Of a DNA stretch of 64,000 nt, positions 40,163 to 53,186 are shown piece after piece. The position numbers were made by a program, and so were the translations under genes. Each line of letters opens with the position of its first letter. Positions within the stretch are counted from its first letter, which is position 1. The notes beneath the pieces are model-generated. The model worked only from the letters and a program-made list of their open reading frames with translations. It made no database searches and was not told the origin of the DNA. Source of the stretch: Rotaria socialis (Eukaryota); NCBI GenBank assembly GCA_905331295.1, contig CAJNYD010000034.1:310001-374000 (forward strand), written 5' to 3'.

Positions 40163-43100
40163 GAAAAAAAACATCTTCTTTTTTATTGCCGGTGACTGGA
40201 ATAATATGATGATGATTGAACTATTCATATGTATCATTTTAAGTTAATTTTAAACATTGACAATTCAAGTCAGATACTTTCTTTCTCTCTCTCTTTTGTC
40301 TTGTATATTTATGTGTTTTTTTGCTATCATTGATTGGAATGATAAAAGGGGATGACATAAAAATGTGAATTGTTACATCATAAGATGGAATGTGCGTGTA
40401 TGGGGTTTGCTTTAGTTAAATCAATATGTATGCATGTTCATTCCCTCAGGAAAGAGAAATATGAACACGAGATTATAAGAAGTCTGTTAAATGACCATCA
40501 CAGTTCGTTCTTTTTTTTTCAATTCTCATACCTAACACAAGGTCATTAGTTGCACGAACGCATATACCTGATCTCTATGGAATAAATGTATATGATTATT
40601 TACTAAATATTATTTCACTTGACTCGTTTCTTTTTTTTTTGCATTGAGATTAATTTAACCAAGTTAGACCAGGGAATGAACATATCATACGATTGTATAA
40701 TCTTTTATAGTGCACATAAATGACCGTTAAGAACTAAACATGATGTAAAATATTTGTGCTCATACGAAGTACCATATGAAATGTATATTGTGAGATCTAT
40801 TATTTTAGACATGCATATTGTATGCACTGTTAAATTAACAATATCTCAAGTGATTATTATAACAAATAATTACACCTATGTGAATGATAGACATGCCGCG
40901 TAGTAATAGTCTGAGTATAAAATGTAAAAAAAAAGAAGGAGTGGTTTTGATAGCAGCATCCACTTGAAAGTCATTATATACTTGTTCACAATGAACCAAT
41001 GATTGCGAATGTCCATTAAACACTCATTCCGATGTAGTCTTTTTGTCTTAATCAATTTTTCCAATATTATAATCTTCGTCTTGTTGTCGTCAATTAATTG
41101 AATCGAAGAAAACTTCAAGTATTCATTCTTTTGCATAATCGATCAATGTCGACATACATTTTGCTCAATTATATCAAGTCCTTTTTTCTTTTGTTCGCGC
41201 ATCAACATAATCTGAATTATCTATTTCCTTACTGCGTAGAAGAAAAAAAAGATTCAATCGAAGAATATATAGTTAGCTAAGCGTTCTTTTTCTTTTTTTC
41301 TTTTTTGTTGGATGATCGGATGTGGTCAATACACTTCGATGTGTCATCTTTATTGTCACCGGAAATGTTCGTATTCTCTCGTGATTACGTGAGAAAGTTA
41401 TATTGATGCATGATAGACATTTACGCACTATGAAAAAAGTATAACGTCCTTTATATGTCTACTAATGGATTTGATTAGATGTCCACCAAGGCCTAAGTTT
41501 CATCAAAGTAATTAAAGAGTAGACAAGAAAAAAACGCTTCATCATGTTATATATATATACATATATAAAGAATTCCTCTAACTTAGTGTAATTGTCAATC
41601 TGTAGTTAGAGGGTTTCCTCTTTGTTGACATTAATCTAGTACTAGCATTACCAGCTACACTACGATGTGGGCTCACCTTTAGTATGTATGATTATGAACT
41701 AGTTTTATTTGTTCACTGAAAAAATCGTTTTGACTATAAGTATAAAAACAAGACAAATAATCAATCAAAATGTTTAATTATGAATGTTCTATGATATTTT
41801 CGATTAGTGTTTTTACAATACTACTAATTCGATATGATATCCAACAGTGAATGCGTAGGAAAAAAAACATTGAACACACCAGTTGTATCAATTATAAGCG
41901 ATGCCGATCAAAGATAATAATACAGTAGACAAGTACAGTCTGTGAACTTTTGTATCATATTTTCTTGATGCACACTTTGTTCCTCTCTATTGGAAAACAA
42001 ATGATAGCATCAACCGATCCGTTACAATTAGCTATGATTACCATGAATTCTGTCTGTTCAATTATCGAATAACAAATAAGAAATGCACATGTTTCGAAAA
42101 TGGTTGCTGATGTTTTACAATTTGAGTGAAAGATATTTATAATCGAATAATGTAGAAAAATAAAGTATATTATATTTTATTAAATGGAAAAGTGCAGAAC
42201 TACATAGTATGATGAATATTTATGGGAAAATATACTTTTGATCACAACAATCAATCAAGATATATGCTAATTTATGGTGGGGAAAGTTAATGTAGCGTTG
42301 AGAGTCAGAGTATGGGTGAGGATGGCTGCGAGGGTAAGACAGAAAGTAAGGACCATGGCAGGAGAGTGTTTATTGATGAACAAAATATCAATGTCATGTA
42401 AGAATACGGAAAAACTTCCCATAAAGTGTCTTCAATTCGATTCTGATTTTATTTTTTCGAATTCGTCTCATTTACTGTTTCAATTTTATCTATTTTAATC
42501 AGGCATTTAACTTCTGTTTTCCGTCCTGAATGGACTGTAATAAAGGACTTTAAGAGAAAAATCTTTGCATTTTTTGAGCATCATGAGCTATGTAATGGCA
42601 TCGTTCGCTTGTTTCATTTTTGATAAAATATTCAAAATCATCTCCTAGGAGAAACGAGAAATATTAGTAGCCACTGTCAAAGTTTCCAATTATTATTTAC
42701 TGATAACACTACTAGTAGTATGTTTAAGGAAATAATCTAAGAAAAATGTTGCTATTATCATGCAAACACGGTCAGAATTTGAAAGATGAAATCTATCAAA
42801 TATGTATACGGTGTAGAAACGCTTCATGTTAGAAGATTACGTGTATGTGCATATATGATGAATATTCAAGCAAACAAATCGAGTGTTGTTTTTTTTACAA
42901 CATAAGGAAGGTCTCCTTTTTTTATGGCTCGTTTTCTAGCATAAATTTGGAGGTCAAATCAAACAATCTCTATAAATAACTTTTCTCATTAAAATGTTAT
43001 GAAACGAGTATTTTTGTACTGTTAAAATTTCAACTATTTAGTGGTTTTACTTCCTTTTTCAAAATGATCTTGGAAAAAAAGTAAAAGGCACCACTAATTG

Positions 43101-43427
43101 ATCTGTTCTTTCAGTTGTCTGACAGAAATATTCGCCACAATATAAAATTGATTACAACTGTTGCCATATGATTCTCTCAAACTCTTGAAATATAATGTCT
43201 GTCATCATTGTATTAAGCGAAAATTTCAGTGTTGTCTTTCTTATTGAATAACTTCGGTGCAGCAAAACTTCAATAAGACAAATCTTTGAAAATTTAGATG
43301 GACGCATCATGATCTGTGCTATCAAATGAGACTATTTTCAAACTATTCTATGCCGTTCATTTTACTAATGTAATTTATTCGTGAGATTACACTGTCTGAT
43401 TTTAGCATGGAAAGATAGGCCATAATT

Positions 43428-44222
43428 AATGCGATGCGAAGCAGAAGCATTTCTGTAGTCCGTCGCGTACTCATCCAAATTCAGTATTCTTGTGGCGCGA
43501 TGATCTCAAGAACTGAAATTCGTCTGATGCTCGTTGAAACGGTGTTAGTAACATTAAAATCTCTATATCATACAAATTTTGTCGGATTTCTCCTGTCAAA
43601 TTCGGTTTGGGCAAAGTAAAATATGGATCGCATATTTCAGTTAGTCGATGCGATGTAGTGAGACTTGCCCTTCATTTAGCCATAATTAAAATGACGTCAT
43701 AAGCAAATGCTAACGACACGTATGTCTGTCCGCAGCTGATTATAGATAATGAACCATACAGATAATTAATCAATCAATCGAAACCGTTCTCTTAAGAATA
43801 TATCGCTATGTAAGAATAGAGTTTTCTCAGTGATGAAAACCATTATGGCTACATAAAACATTTTCATATTTCTTCGAATTGAAGATTTTTCGTGAAGATC
43901 CGATTCAATCTTCGCATCGCATTTCGTATTCAAGTGAAACTTGAATACCATCCAGTTTACTTTTTTACTTGACGCGTACGCATCTAAAAAGTGATTTTTG
44001 TTGCGTGATGATCTCAAAATTGGAGAGTCATAGAAGATTCGTTGAAAATTTAGCTAAGAGTTTTAAGATCGAGCTTGATATATCTTTTCCCCGCTTTTAA
44101 TGACATCGCGTAACGCGTATTTGCTTCGCACCGCATCTCGTAGTTGAGTGAAACTCGTTCTTGCTTTCTAACTTGAGTACGCATAAAAGTTCTGATAAAG
44201 TGACGCGATTATCTAAAGAACC
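43428..44222. repeat. Degenerate repeat array (direct ~210-bp period plus inverted copies)
   Basis: CTTCGCATCGCATTTCGTA...GTGAAACT...GTACGCAT...TGATCTCAAAA (~43910-44020) is repeated at ~44123-44222. The reverse complement AATGCGATGCGAAGC occurs at 43428, and GCGATGATCTCAAGAA recurs at ~43497. Confidence 0.6.
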
Positions 44223-46879
44223 CAAGGAGGGAAAGCTGATTCTATGGCGATAGAATCATCGGAATCACTCGGAATCACCTGGAATCACATGAAGAAAATA
44301 AACACCTAAAAAATGCATGTATCTGCTTCTTATCATGTTTGATCGAATACATTTCATTAGTTAGAAGCAGTTAAGTAGTTTTTTGCCAGCTTTTCACCGA
44401 GCAGTAGAATTTATTTTACCATTTTACAGCAAAGAGGCAGATTTTATTAAACTCCTGTATAATTTCGACGAAAATTTACACGTTTGACGGTTTAAATCGA
44501 GGTTTTCGCCTACTTCCTCTTCGTTCTAGCAATGGCGAGTGAGAAGGGGAGAACAAAGTCAAAGATTATTGGGTAGATTTCTGTAGCATAGAGAAAAGGC
44601 GCGTAAGCAATAACGATGGTTATATCATTCTAAAACTCTGTACGCCCTAACTACGTAGTCTAAAGATGGCAAGTTTTGGTATTTAACGCAACGAAATGGT
44701 GTTATTGTAGATGTCATTCAGTAGATCGAAGCTATTATTCATTTAGTAGAGTAAGAATAGGATGAGCACCATGTAAAATTATGAAATAGTTCAATTCCAA
44801 GTTTAGAAAAAACTCAGCTTACATCTCATAATTTGTCAAAACAAGTAATAGTATGTCAGACTCTTCCTAAATGATTTAATCAATGTATATAGCAAGCTAA
44901 TATGGTAGTCATATAGACGATTGAAAGAATAAGATGATATTTACACTTGATATAACGTGTCGCATATTATCATTGGAAGAAAAGAATTGATGCATTGAAG
45001 ATGTAATGTATTTCATAATAGAAAAAACGTTTGCAGTCTAACAATATTAAATGGATCTAATAAATTGCTCGAATAATAATAATACATGGATACATTTTCG
45101 ACATGATTAAATATACGAGCACGCGTATCCACTTTAAAAAGTCGTAATCGTTTTGGATGGTTTATTTGTTAAGTTATTTGACGCCCTTTCACATTTTATC
45201 TCAAGTATACAGTAAATAGAGTTTCTGAATTCCATATTTTCAGTCCTGAAGAGACTAAAGCGATAAGTTTTTCGACAGCTTTTACCGTATCAATCAAATT
45301 ATCGAACCATTTTCTGATGCATAATCAGGTTCCCAAGCAATTTTCAACTGATTGAGTAAAAACGATTCTTTGACTTTTCAAAGTCAATCAAATCGATCTG
45401 ATTGTCCAAGTCAGAACAGTTAGAAAACTTGACTGGTTGCTGGAAGCAGCGATATTAGTCTGGTTGGCACGTGAGAAACTGCTCTAAAATATGGGCGACC
45501 TTTTTTCTTTAATTTCCTTTATACTAAAGGATAAAGATAAATTATTTACTGATCGCTTTTTCCTAAAGATAAAGGATTCATTTATCATTGCTTAGTGCAG
45601 TAAGGCTAAATGACCACTCATATTCTATAACTAATTTAGTTATCAATATTCTTCGATGGAACTTGCACCAAAACTCTTACGATTGCAAATTTCTATCGTC
45701 TTTGATAATGAGGAAATGAGAAAGTTTTCGACCTAAGCGATCTCTCTTGTTTCATACATTCCCAGGTCGAGCAATCCGACAGTAGGCACCTATCGGAACC
45801 CATCCGATCCGACTGGAATCCAATAGGATTTTATCGGATCCTCAGTGTCGGATTCCTATGAATTCCAAGGAAAAATCGTTGTATGCCATCGGAAGTTCAT
45901 AGAATTCTGACACTGAGGATGCGACATCGATTCCTCGACCCAGAATCCAATAGAATTGTATCGGATTGTAGGATATTTCCAGGTTCCTATCGGATCCGAT
46001 GTCGGATCAATCGACCTGGGAAGTAGTTTTCGTATATTCTTCGTTATGCTGTTGTTCCATCGCAGTACTTTCTCGGTCTTGAGAGTCGGAAACAATGATG
46101 TCCGAAAGGAGTCTATAGAATATCGTGTGATTCTCAACTTTTTGGGAAAGATTGGTGCTAGCATACACAAAGAGGCTATCTTTTGTGTTTGATACAGAAA
46201 GTAAAATGAAAAATTAAGTCATCTACTTGAGCGCTCAGGCTGCTTTATACTTTTGGAGTTTACTCTCTTCACGATCCTTCACTTCTTGACGTTTAAAGAG
46301 TCCTCAATGAGGACTCCTCTCTCCATACCATTGAACTTTTACAAACTGTATATATTAACGATGAGCTCCAATTTCGAAATCAAAACAACAGTAATCCAAT
46401 TTCTTTCATGATTAAATGTTGATTCCAACTAAATCTAACATTTTGACATCATTACCGAGCGAGATAATTCACTTGCGATCTGTAATTCTTTGAGTGGTCA
46501 TGGTAAAACAATGAAACAAACCGCACCGGTCTGTTGGTCGGTTAGATGACGTCCCAATATGTTATTTTATTGTTGTGAAATGAGAACTGATACGCTTTTC
46601 GCTGAGATTCAGCAATATACAAATTATGTCTCTTGTGCTCGACTCAATGATTCTTGCGATCATGAGTAACTGATTTCTCTATTGAATGGAATGATCGGGA
46701 GTCTTCTGAATTCATCTATGTAATGATTCTATAATGTTCCTATTGATGTTACGACATTATAGTCGAGAAATACGGTGATATTCATAGTGATTCCAGAGCC
46801 GATTGAATCACATGGAATCAACAGAATCACATAGAATCAATAGAATCACAGAATCACGGAATCAGCTTTTTCCCCCTTA
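44223..46879. mobile_element. Old ~2.65-kb DNA transposon with GAATCA subterminal repeats, containing a nested MITE
   Basis: Left end CAAGGAGGGAAAGCTGATTC matches the reverse complement of right end GAATCAGCTTTTTCCCCCTTA. Tandem (G)GAATCA(C) motifs lie at both ends (44250-44290, 46805-46865). A minus-strand remnant RLISLLPATS near 45430-45480 weakly resembles a hAT dimerization motif. No matching TSD. Confidence 0.7.
45761..46020. mobile_element. CCCAGGTCGA-terminal MITE (copy 4, TCGGA/TCCGA-rich interior) nested in the larger transposon
   Basis: Perfect TIR (TT)CCCAGGTCGA ... TCGACCTGGG(AA), with many ATCCGA/TCGGAT motifs inside. Confidence 0.85.
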
Positions 46880-48594
46880 CATTTTCCCCATTGGTTATCT
46901 GGTTGGTCGACATGCTATGAATTCACCTATGAAAAGACCTTTATATGTGATTTTACAAGTAACTAGATATGTATTTTAAAATGAAATTAATAGTTTTATT
47001 TTTAGATTTTTGGTGTTGCATTAGCTATATGTGGCTTTTCCTTTGGAGTACATTCTGTTCGTACACCATCATGGCTTCATTTTAGACATGCTCATGCTAT
47101 CATTGGTATTATAACATTTATATTAGCATTAATTCAATTCCTTGTTGGATTGTATGTTAAGATTTTATTCCTATTTTTGTTTTTGAAAATTTATTTATGC
47201 ATGATTCTTTGTTTTTTTTGTTAAGAACTGGTGTTTGTCTCATTGCAAGAAGTTCGAAAAAACATGCAATTCTTCGTGAATCAAGTTATAAAATAAGTCA
47301 AGAAGAAATTAATCAAGATACATGGGTTGGCAAACGTTCATGGAGTATTATTCATCGCATACTAGGAGCAATCGTATTGTCACTTGGATTTGTCAACATA
47401 TCATTGGGTGTTTTTCTTGCTGTATTACCATTACCTGTTTGGATTGTTTGGTTTGTGTATATGAGTCTCCTTGTAATTATTCTCGTCATAATGGAAATCT
47501 ATAAACTTCTAAAAGATTCTGGCACTCATAAAACAGGTTCATTTAAATCTAAAGGTAAGAAAATATTTTTTTTTACAAATCTTAAAAGAACTCTCTATCA
47601 TACAATGCAGAAAGAATGCCCGAATATACTATCTATGATCATAATAGTGAGTTAAATATTTAGATCGTGTTTTATATGTATTTGTACATAGATATGATAG
47701 TTATTTGTTGTTTTGTTCGTTATTATTTTTATTTTGCACTATATAGAACGAAACAGATAGGAGACAAATACTAGAAAAATTTGCGTACATAAATGTCATT
47801 TTAATTGTTGTTTTCAATGTCGTAGAACGTTATGATCCCAGAGGTACATCGCAGGCTTCCTTAAAATATTCAGAAGAACCAACTGAACGACAACCATCCA
47901 CAATAACACCGACACCACGTCGTAGCTTTAGCCGAGTTCCTCCACCTAATTCATCAACACGCGATAGTTTTGTATACAGACCAATCGATGGTAGTCGTAG
48001 TCATGTAACTACTCTTGACGACATGTCACCACTCGGGTCTAATCAAATTCAACAACGGCAAAGTCGATTTGGTGATGTTAACGCATCAGCTAGCCTTCCG
48101 GAACGTAATCGACAAGATGATAAACAATATACAGTATCACCAAGAAAAAAGAGTAGAGCAGCGGAAAGAGATGATGTTGGATATTATGCTGGTCAAACGC
48201 AAGACTATGAACAACCATTGGCGTACGTCGAATATTTCACTTATCTATCCACTTTCTCTGAACTGATGTTTGCTTCATCGACATGCTTACCCTCTATTTT
48301 TTGCTCTTAGATTTTGACGCTTCCATATTAACCTTTGATTTTTCATGCCACAATTTCATGTCTTTGCACGTTCGACTTTGCTTTTATCATCTATTCAATG
48401 CTTCAAGATGATCATTACATCTTTTCTTTTGTTTTTCCTTTATAGACGGTCGACATCACAGCAGCAAAGCGAGCACAATCTCACTCGAATTCGGCTCCAA
48501 TAAACATTGGAATGCGCCGAATTCTCATTCTCGTAATTCCAGCCAAGCTTCTTCATCCACAATTAATTCAGGCAGATTTCCAATTTATCGATGA
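46880..48594 (+). pseudogene. Cytochrome b561-type (DOMON/FRRS1-like b561 domain) gene, 5'-truncated at a transposon end; 3' end uncertain (stop at 48503 or 48594)
   Basis: Exons ~46880-46958 (IFPIGYLVGRH...RPLYVILQ), 47006-47151 (IFGVALAICGF...FRHAHAIIGIITFILALIQFLVG), 47226-47554 (WSIIHRILGAIVLSLGFVNISLG...), 47826-48222 and 48446 onward. The first exon starts right at the TIR with no acceptor, and no upstream HGxxM helix was found. Confidence 0.7.
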
Positions 48595-49424
48595 AATTGA
48601 TGAAGAAAATTTTCCACTATGTCAGAAATGAATTTTACTGTTCAGTATCATTTTGTTCCTATTTCTCAGTGAAAGATCTATATCTTTATGCAGTAGCTTA
48701 TACTTATTACATATTTGAAAATATTTGTCTTATTTGATTTCCGCCAATTTTTTTCCAGTTTAAATTTTTCTCAAGTTTTATTTACTGTGACAATTTCGTC
48801 AGTTTTCTTTCTCTTTCATAACATTCTTCTGTATAAATGTTTTTTCACTTGTATGTGTCTATTTGTATGAATTGCCATGGCGTCGATATGCATATATAAA
48901 TTTTATATATGTACAATGACATGGTTTATTTTTCACTTTGATAAAACCTTAATTAGTACTGAAAAAAAACAGACTGTTTAATACGTACTTCAATGTGTGA
49001 CTACCATATGAGTCTAATTGCAATTTTTTTTATAACGAAATTGTTTTTTTCTCATACTTGTTAGCACATGAACTCGAAAGTATACAATCAATAGTGGATT
49101 GCGGTAGAAGATTAGATTTCTTTATATTTGTTAAAATTCGTGACAATGCCAATATGTTTTGTAATTCAAAATATCAATTGAAAGATTTGGGAAATATCGA
49201 TAGGCGACTGTATAAGTTGAACCTTAGATTAACAAGCTAAAAGAAGGAGTATATGAAAGTTTTTAATAAGCCATCAAATTTTACTTTTTGCATATGAACA
49301 AAATGTGCTAACATCAATATTTTATCAATAAAATACATATGAAGATGATTACATTATAGTTTGATAGTTGAATAGAACACGATTGTATAGCTTTGTAAAA
49401 AGTAATGGAGAAGAAAAATAGAAT

Positions 49425-49429
49425 AAAAA
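49425..49429 (-). terminator. Pol III oligo-T terminator of the 5S gene
   Basis: AAAAA on the plus strand immediately 3' of the 5S end. Confidence 0.85.
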
Positions 49430-49547
49430 GCTTACGACACTCGGTATTCCCAGGCGGTCACCCATCCAAGTACTAACCGAGCCCGACGTTGCTTAACTTC
49501 AGTGATCGGACGAGAACTGGTGTATTCAACGTGGTATGGCCGTAAGC
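49429..49547 (-). rRNA. RNA5S: 5S rRNA gene (single, apparently intact copy)
   Basis: Minus strand GCTTACGGCCATACCACGTTGAATACACCAGTTCTCGTCCGATCACTGAAGTTAAGCAACGTCGGGCTCGGTTAGTACTTGGATGGGTGACCGCCTGGGAATACCGAGTGTCGTAAGC. Ends are complementary, boxes A and C are intact, and TTTTT follows. Confidence 0.97.
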
Positions 49548-52500
49548 AGCAGTCACTAATTCATTTAGATAGTGAGCAATAGCAATCCTTAAAGTTAGAA
49601 GAAAATCCTCGATCACAAATTGCGTAGAATATACACCAGCAATAGTTCTTTTATTTATTCTTGTTTCTGAATTATTGAGACTCACGGTGCTGAGAATTAT
49701 TAATGCGATGCTAAGTATAGCATTTGTGTAGTCCGTCGCGAGTTCTTTCTTTTTTAAAGCGATCGATGCGAGAGCTAAATTCTCGTAAATCTGAAAGAGA
49801 AGATACTTAGAGTGCGTATTACAAGGTTGGATGTGGAAACTTCTCAATTATGATCGAAAGATAGAGCTTTTCAAAGGCCGCAAATGCCTACATTGTTTAA
49901 TTTTTATCGTCACTGATCAACGAAAAAATCTGCAAAAACTAATCTGCAACTTTGAAACTTGATGCTATTCTACTTGTTGAATATTCTTTTTTTAATGTTT
50001 TTTCTCAACTTTCAACAGAAAAAAAAATTGTAGTATCAATCTTGTAGAGAATTGAATGATGAATCTTTTGGAAAAAAAACTAAGACCTAGAGAATAAAAA
50101 TGATGAAGATATTGAAAAAACACTGAGAGGAACACTTAACCTGGACCACCCGATACATAGATCTTGATATTGTCATTAAGCACTAGTGCCGAGACATTTC
50201 ACTTCAACTACCTCTGGATAATGGTATTCTACTAGTTTGTCTGAACTTCGCGGGTTGAAAAGTTATAACAGAAAAAAAGCTTGTAATTTCACCGCATCAA
50301 TATTAATACACATTGCTTACCGGTTTACTTCTAGCAAGATATGACGATGAAATGATAAATTCAATTATCCATTGATTTGCGATGCATACAACTGCTCATG
50401 TTTTTTGTTGATAAAAATGTCGCGAGTAGTAAACTATGTAGCACAATCGATAAATAGAAAATGCCGCGAATGATAATGGAACTTGAAGAGGTGAAACGAG
50501 ATATACATAGAGTAAGAAAATACGTGAATTCTTCATAAGTAGATGCTGAAAATCGAATTGTCCTATTGCAAAGAAGACAAGAAAAAACGTGTTAGAACAT
50601 ATAGCAGCTATTCACATATTCAAAATGACGAGCACATAACATCGTCATAGAATAGATGATGCAAGGATAATGCTCATGGTGAAGACAATAATTTGTAAAA
50701 TTGAAATAATGAGTGCGATGCCAGCCATCTCAATGAATGTTTAAATGACGTGATGTTAGTTGTAAATCTGATCTTTACGACAGTTCACTGAAAGCAAACA
50801 GTTGAATATATCTTCGATAGAAAAGCAAAATTCACATAACGCCAGGAATAACAGTAATGCTGATAATAACGAGACAGATCAAACATACTTAATACATTCA
50901 AAATCAGGTCTAGATGAGATATCTATCTATAGAGAATTGTACATTATTAGGAAAAACATGTATTGATGATCATTGGTAAAATACACCTATGAAATTTAAA
51001 CGAAAAAGTGATCTGCTAGTTACGAAACTGTGGATAAATGGGGTTCAACTTTTTGCAGATTTCTCACTTCAACAGATCGAAAATTCTTTCAATATCGTTT
51101 AGAGATAAATTAGAATTAGAATAAAAACCAGAATATACTGTGAAAATGTCGATTTTTCTAATCAATACATGAAAAATATTGTCCACACTTAAACCCGAAT
51201 ATCTGACATCGGATTACTTCACTTTAGATTACTGTTTCCGAATAAAAATAACTTTAGAATGCTACTCCTAGTATACACTCGAAGAGAAAAATGCTTTTTT
51301 GCCAATTAATAACGTTTGCTATACGTATATTAAGAAGCTAAAATAGAGTTCAATAGAAAATATGCATTCGACTTATTTCTAACTGTAAAATTTATTATTA
51401 TCTAAAGAATAAAGGAAAGAATAGCTCAAAGAAATATATTGTTTCATCGTTTTATAATGGATACGCACATAAGTCTGTCTAAGCATAATTAACTTTCACT
51501 AATACTTTGTTTTGTTTCATTTCATAATAAGGAAAATATCTGAGAAAGTTAAAACGTGGACAAACAATCAAAGCGGAAGAATTTTTATTTAAATTTACGT
51601 CATGCTGAATCTTCATTGTAAATATTTTATTGTAAGTGAGTACGTATTATGTTTTAGCTTTTCTGTGTTCTTGCACAATAACTAAGTCTAGTTTTCTTTG
51701 AAATCTTACAATCTAATGTATTCTCTAATCTTTGCATGGTTTCGAACCTAACTTTAAAGTATATTAATGCTTTCTCATTGTCTCCATGAGATGAAATTTA
51801 AGGAACCAAATGAAATTCATTGAGTATGTGTTTAGAGTGCAGATGTAGATTAAGAGCACATAAAGTTTCACATTAACACTTCGGCTACTTTTGTTGGCAT
51901 ATTCAGTACTGATCGATGTGAACCCTATCGAAATTCAAAAGGCACGTAATTGTGAGGATCTATGCAGCACATATGTTCTTATGAATAAAAAAATAGCAGT
52001 TCAAATAGTGACTGATAGATTCTGAACGCTTTCCAACTCGATGAAATTAAAAATCAGTATTGTTCTGTTGGACGAGGCATGAACATGCTAATGTGTGCGA
52101 AGATTTTATCAGATTTTCGATTGCTAATTTTCTTCTGGAACCAGTTAATACAAGGACAAGGTTGCACTGTTCATAATAAGTTCAAATAATATTTTATTCA
52201 TCACTCAGAAAAGAAAAAAAATTTTGAAATTGCTTTTTGCTTGAGCTTGAGAGAAAAATTGGTACAAGACAAGTGAATCGAAATTGGTTTATTCGAAGTT
52301 GAGAATCACTTTTTCAGTTTTATATCTTTTACCACAAGGAATTGATGCAATTTCTAGATGTTTTTGAAATCTATTTTCAAATTCTGATAAAAATAAGGAC
52401 TATGAACTGTTTTATTGGAACAACTAGCACTACTTGGAGAAAATATGCATTATCCAACTGATAGCGTCATCTGCAATCTTTTTGCTTAGAACGGTCAGAC

Positions 52501-52624
52501 TACTTGTACAAATGAATCACATGTATTCTTGTTGCACAGTACACGACAGATAAAGTTGAACTTCATGCATATATGTTTTTGGTTCTGAATACTCAGAAAC
52601 AAATTAAAATAATCGCACGAAATA

Positions 52625-53109
52625 ATGAGTATTTTAGTTCGTAGTTTTAATACTTATCGATTCTTCGAACTGGTTAATCGTGTATGTTTAATACAATCAA
52701 GTAAAATATTCAATTTATTCTTCTCTACTGATTTTTTATTTTAGTAATTGCCAAAATTGTTTTTTTAGTATCGTGTTTTTCGGATGCAGCAGCAGACAAA
52801 GATCTAACAAACACATCAAATGTATCAGTACGTTCGTGTGATTTTGAAGTATTCGGCACTGTTCAACATGTTTATTTTCGTAAATATACTCAACAAGAAG
52901 CAATAAAATTAAATCTTGTCGGCTGGGTGAGGAATACTGAAAAGAATACAGTACAAGGACATATGGAAGGTTATAAATCTAATATAGAACAGATGAAAAT
53001 TTGGCTTCAAACAATAGGAAGTCCAAAATCAAAGATTACTAAAGTCGAATTCAAGAACCAAAAATCAATTACGGAATTAACTTCGAAAACATTTGAAATT
53101 AGAAAATAA
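52625..53109 (+). CDS. ACYP: Acylphosphatase with probable N-terminal extension (start and first intron inferred)
   Basis: Open frame from ~52745 reads SCDFEVFGTVQHVYFRKYTQQEAIKLNLVGWVRNTEKNTVQGHMEG...MKIWLQTIGSPKSKITKVEF...FEIRK*, with catalytic Arg and Asn present. The phase-compatible start found is ATG 52625, with an intron from 52701 to 52744 or 52768. Confidence 0.88.
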
Positions 53110-53186
53110 AAATGAATATTTTGCTCACTTTCTCTGCCATTTACTCGTTTTATAGTTGTAGAAACGAATTTTTCATTTCAGATCTT

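Noticed and set aside
42274..42365. G-rich patch and 74-aa ORF as telomeric repeats or an exon
   Set aside because: No clean hexamer periodicity, splice context or recognisable protein motif.
45244..45280. CTGAAGAGACT...AGTT as a possible hammerhead
   Set aside because: It lacks the GAAA box and helix I/III pairing.
45856..46192. Overlapping ORFs of 104 aa (-) and 78 aa (+)
   Set aside because: They cross a MITE boundary inside a decayed transposon; not genes.
49473..49847. 124-aa minus-strand ORF
   Set aside because: It runs into the 5S rRNA gene and has no protein motifs; spurious.
49820..50155. Tc1/mariner-like MITE ends (TACAAGGTTGG ... GGACCACCCGATA)
   Set aside because: The terminal match is too weak to define boundaries.
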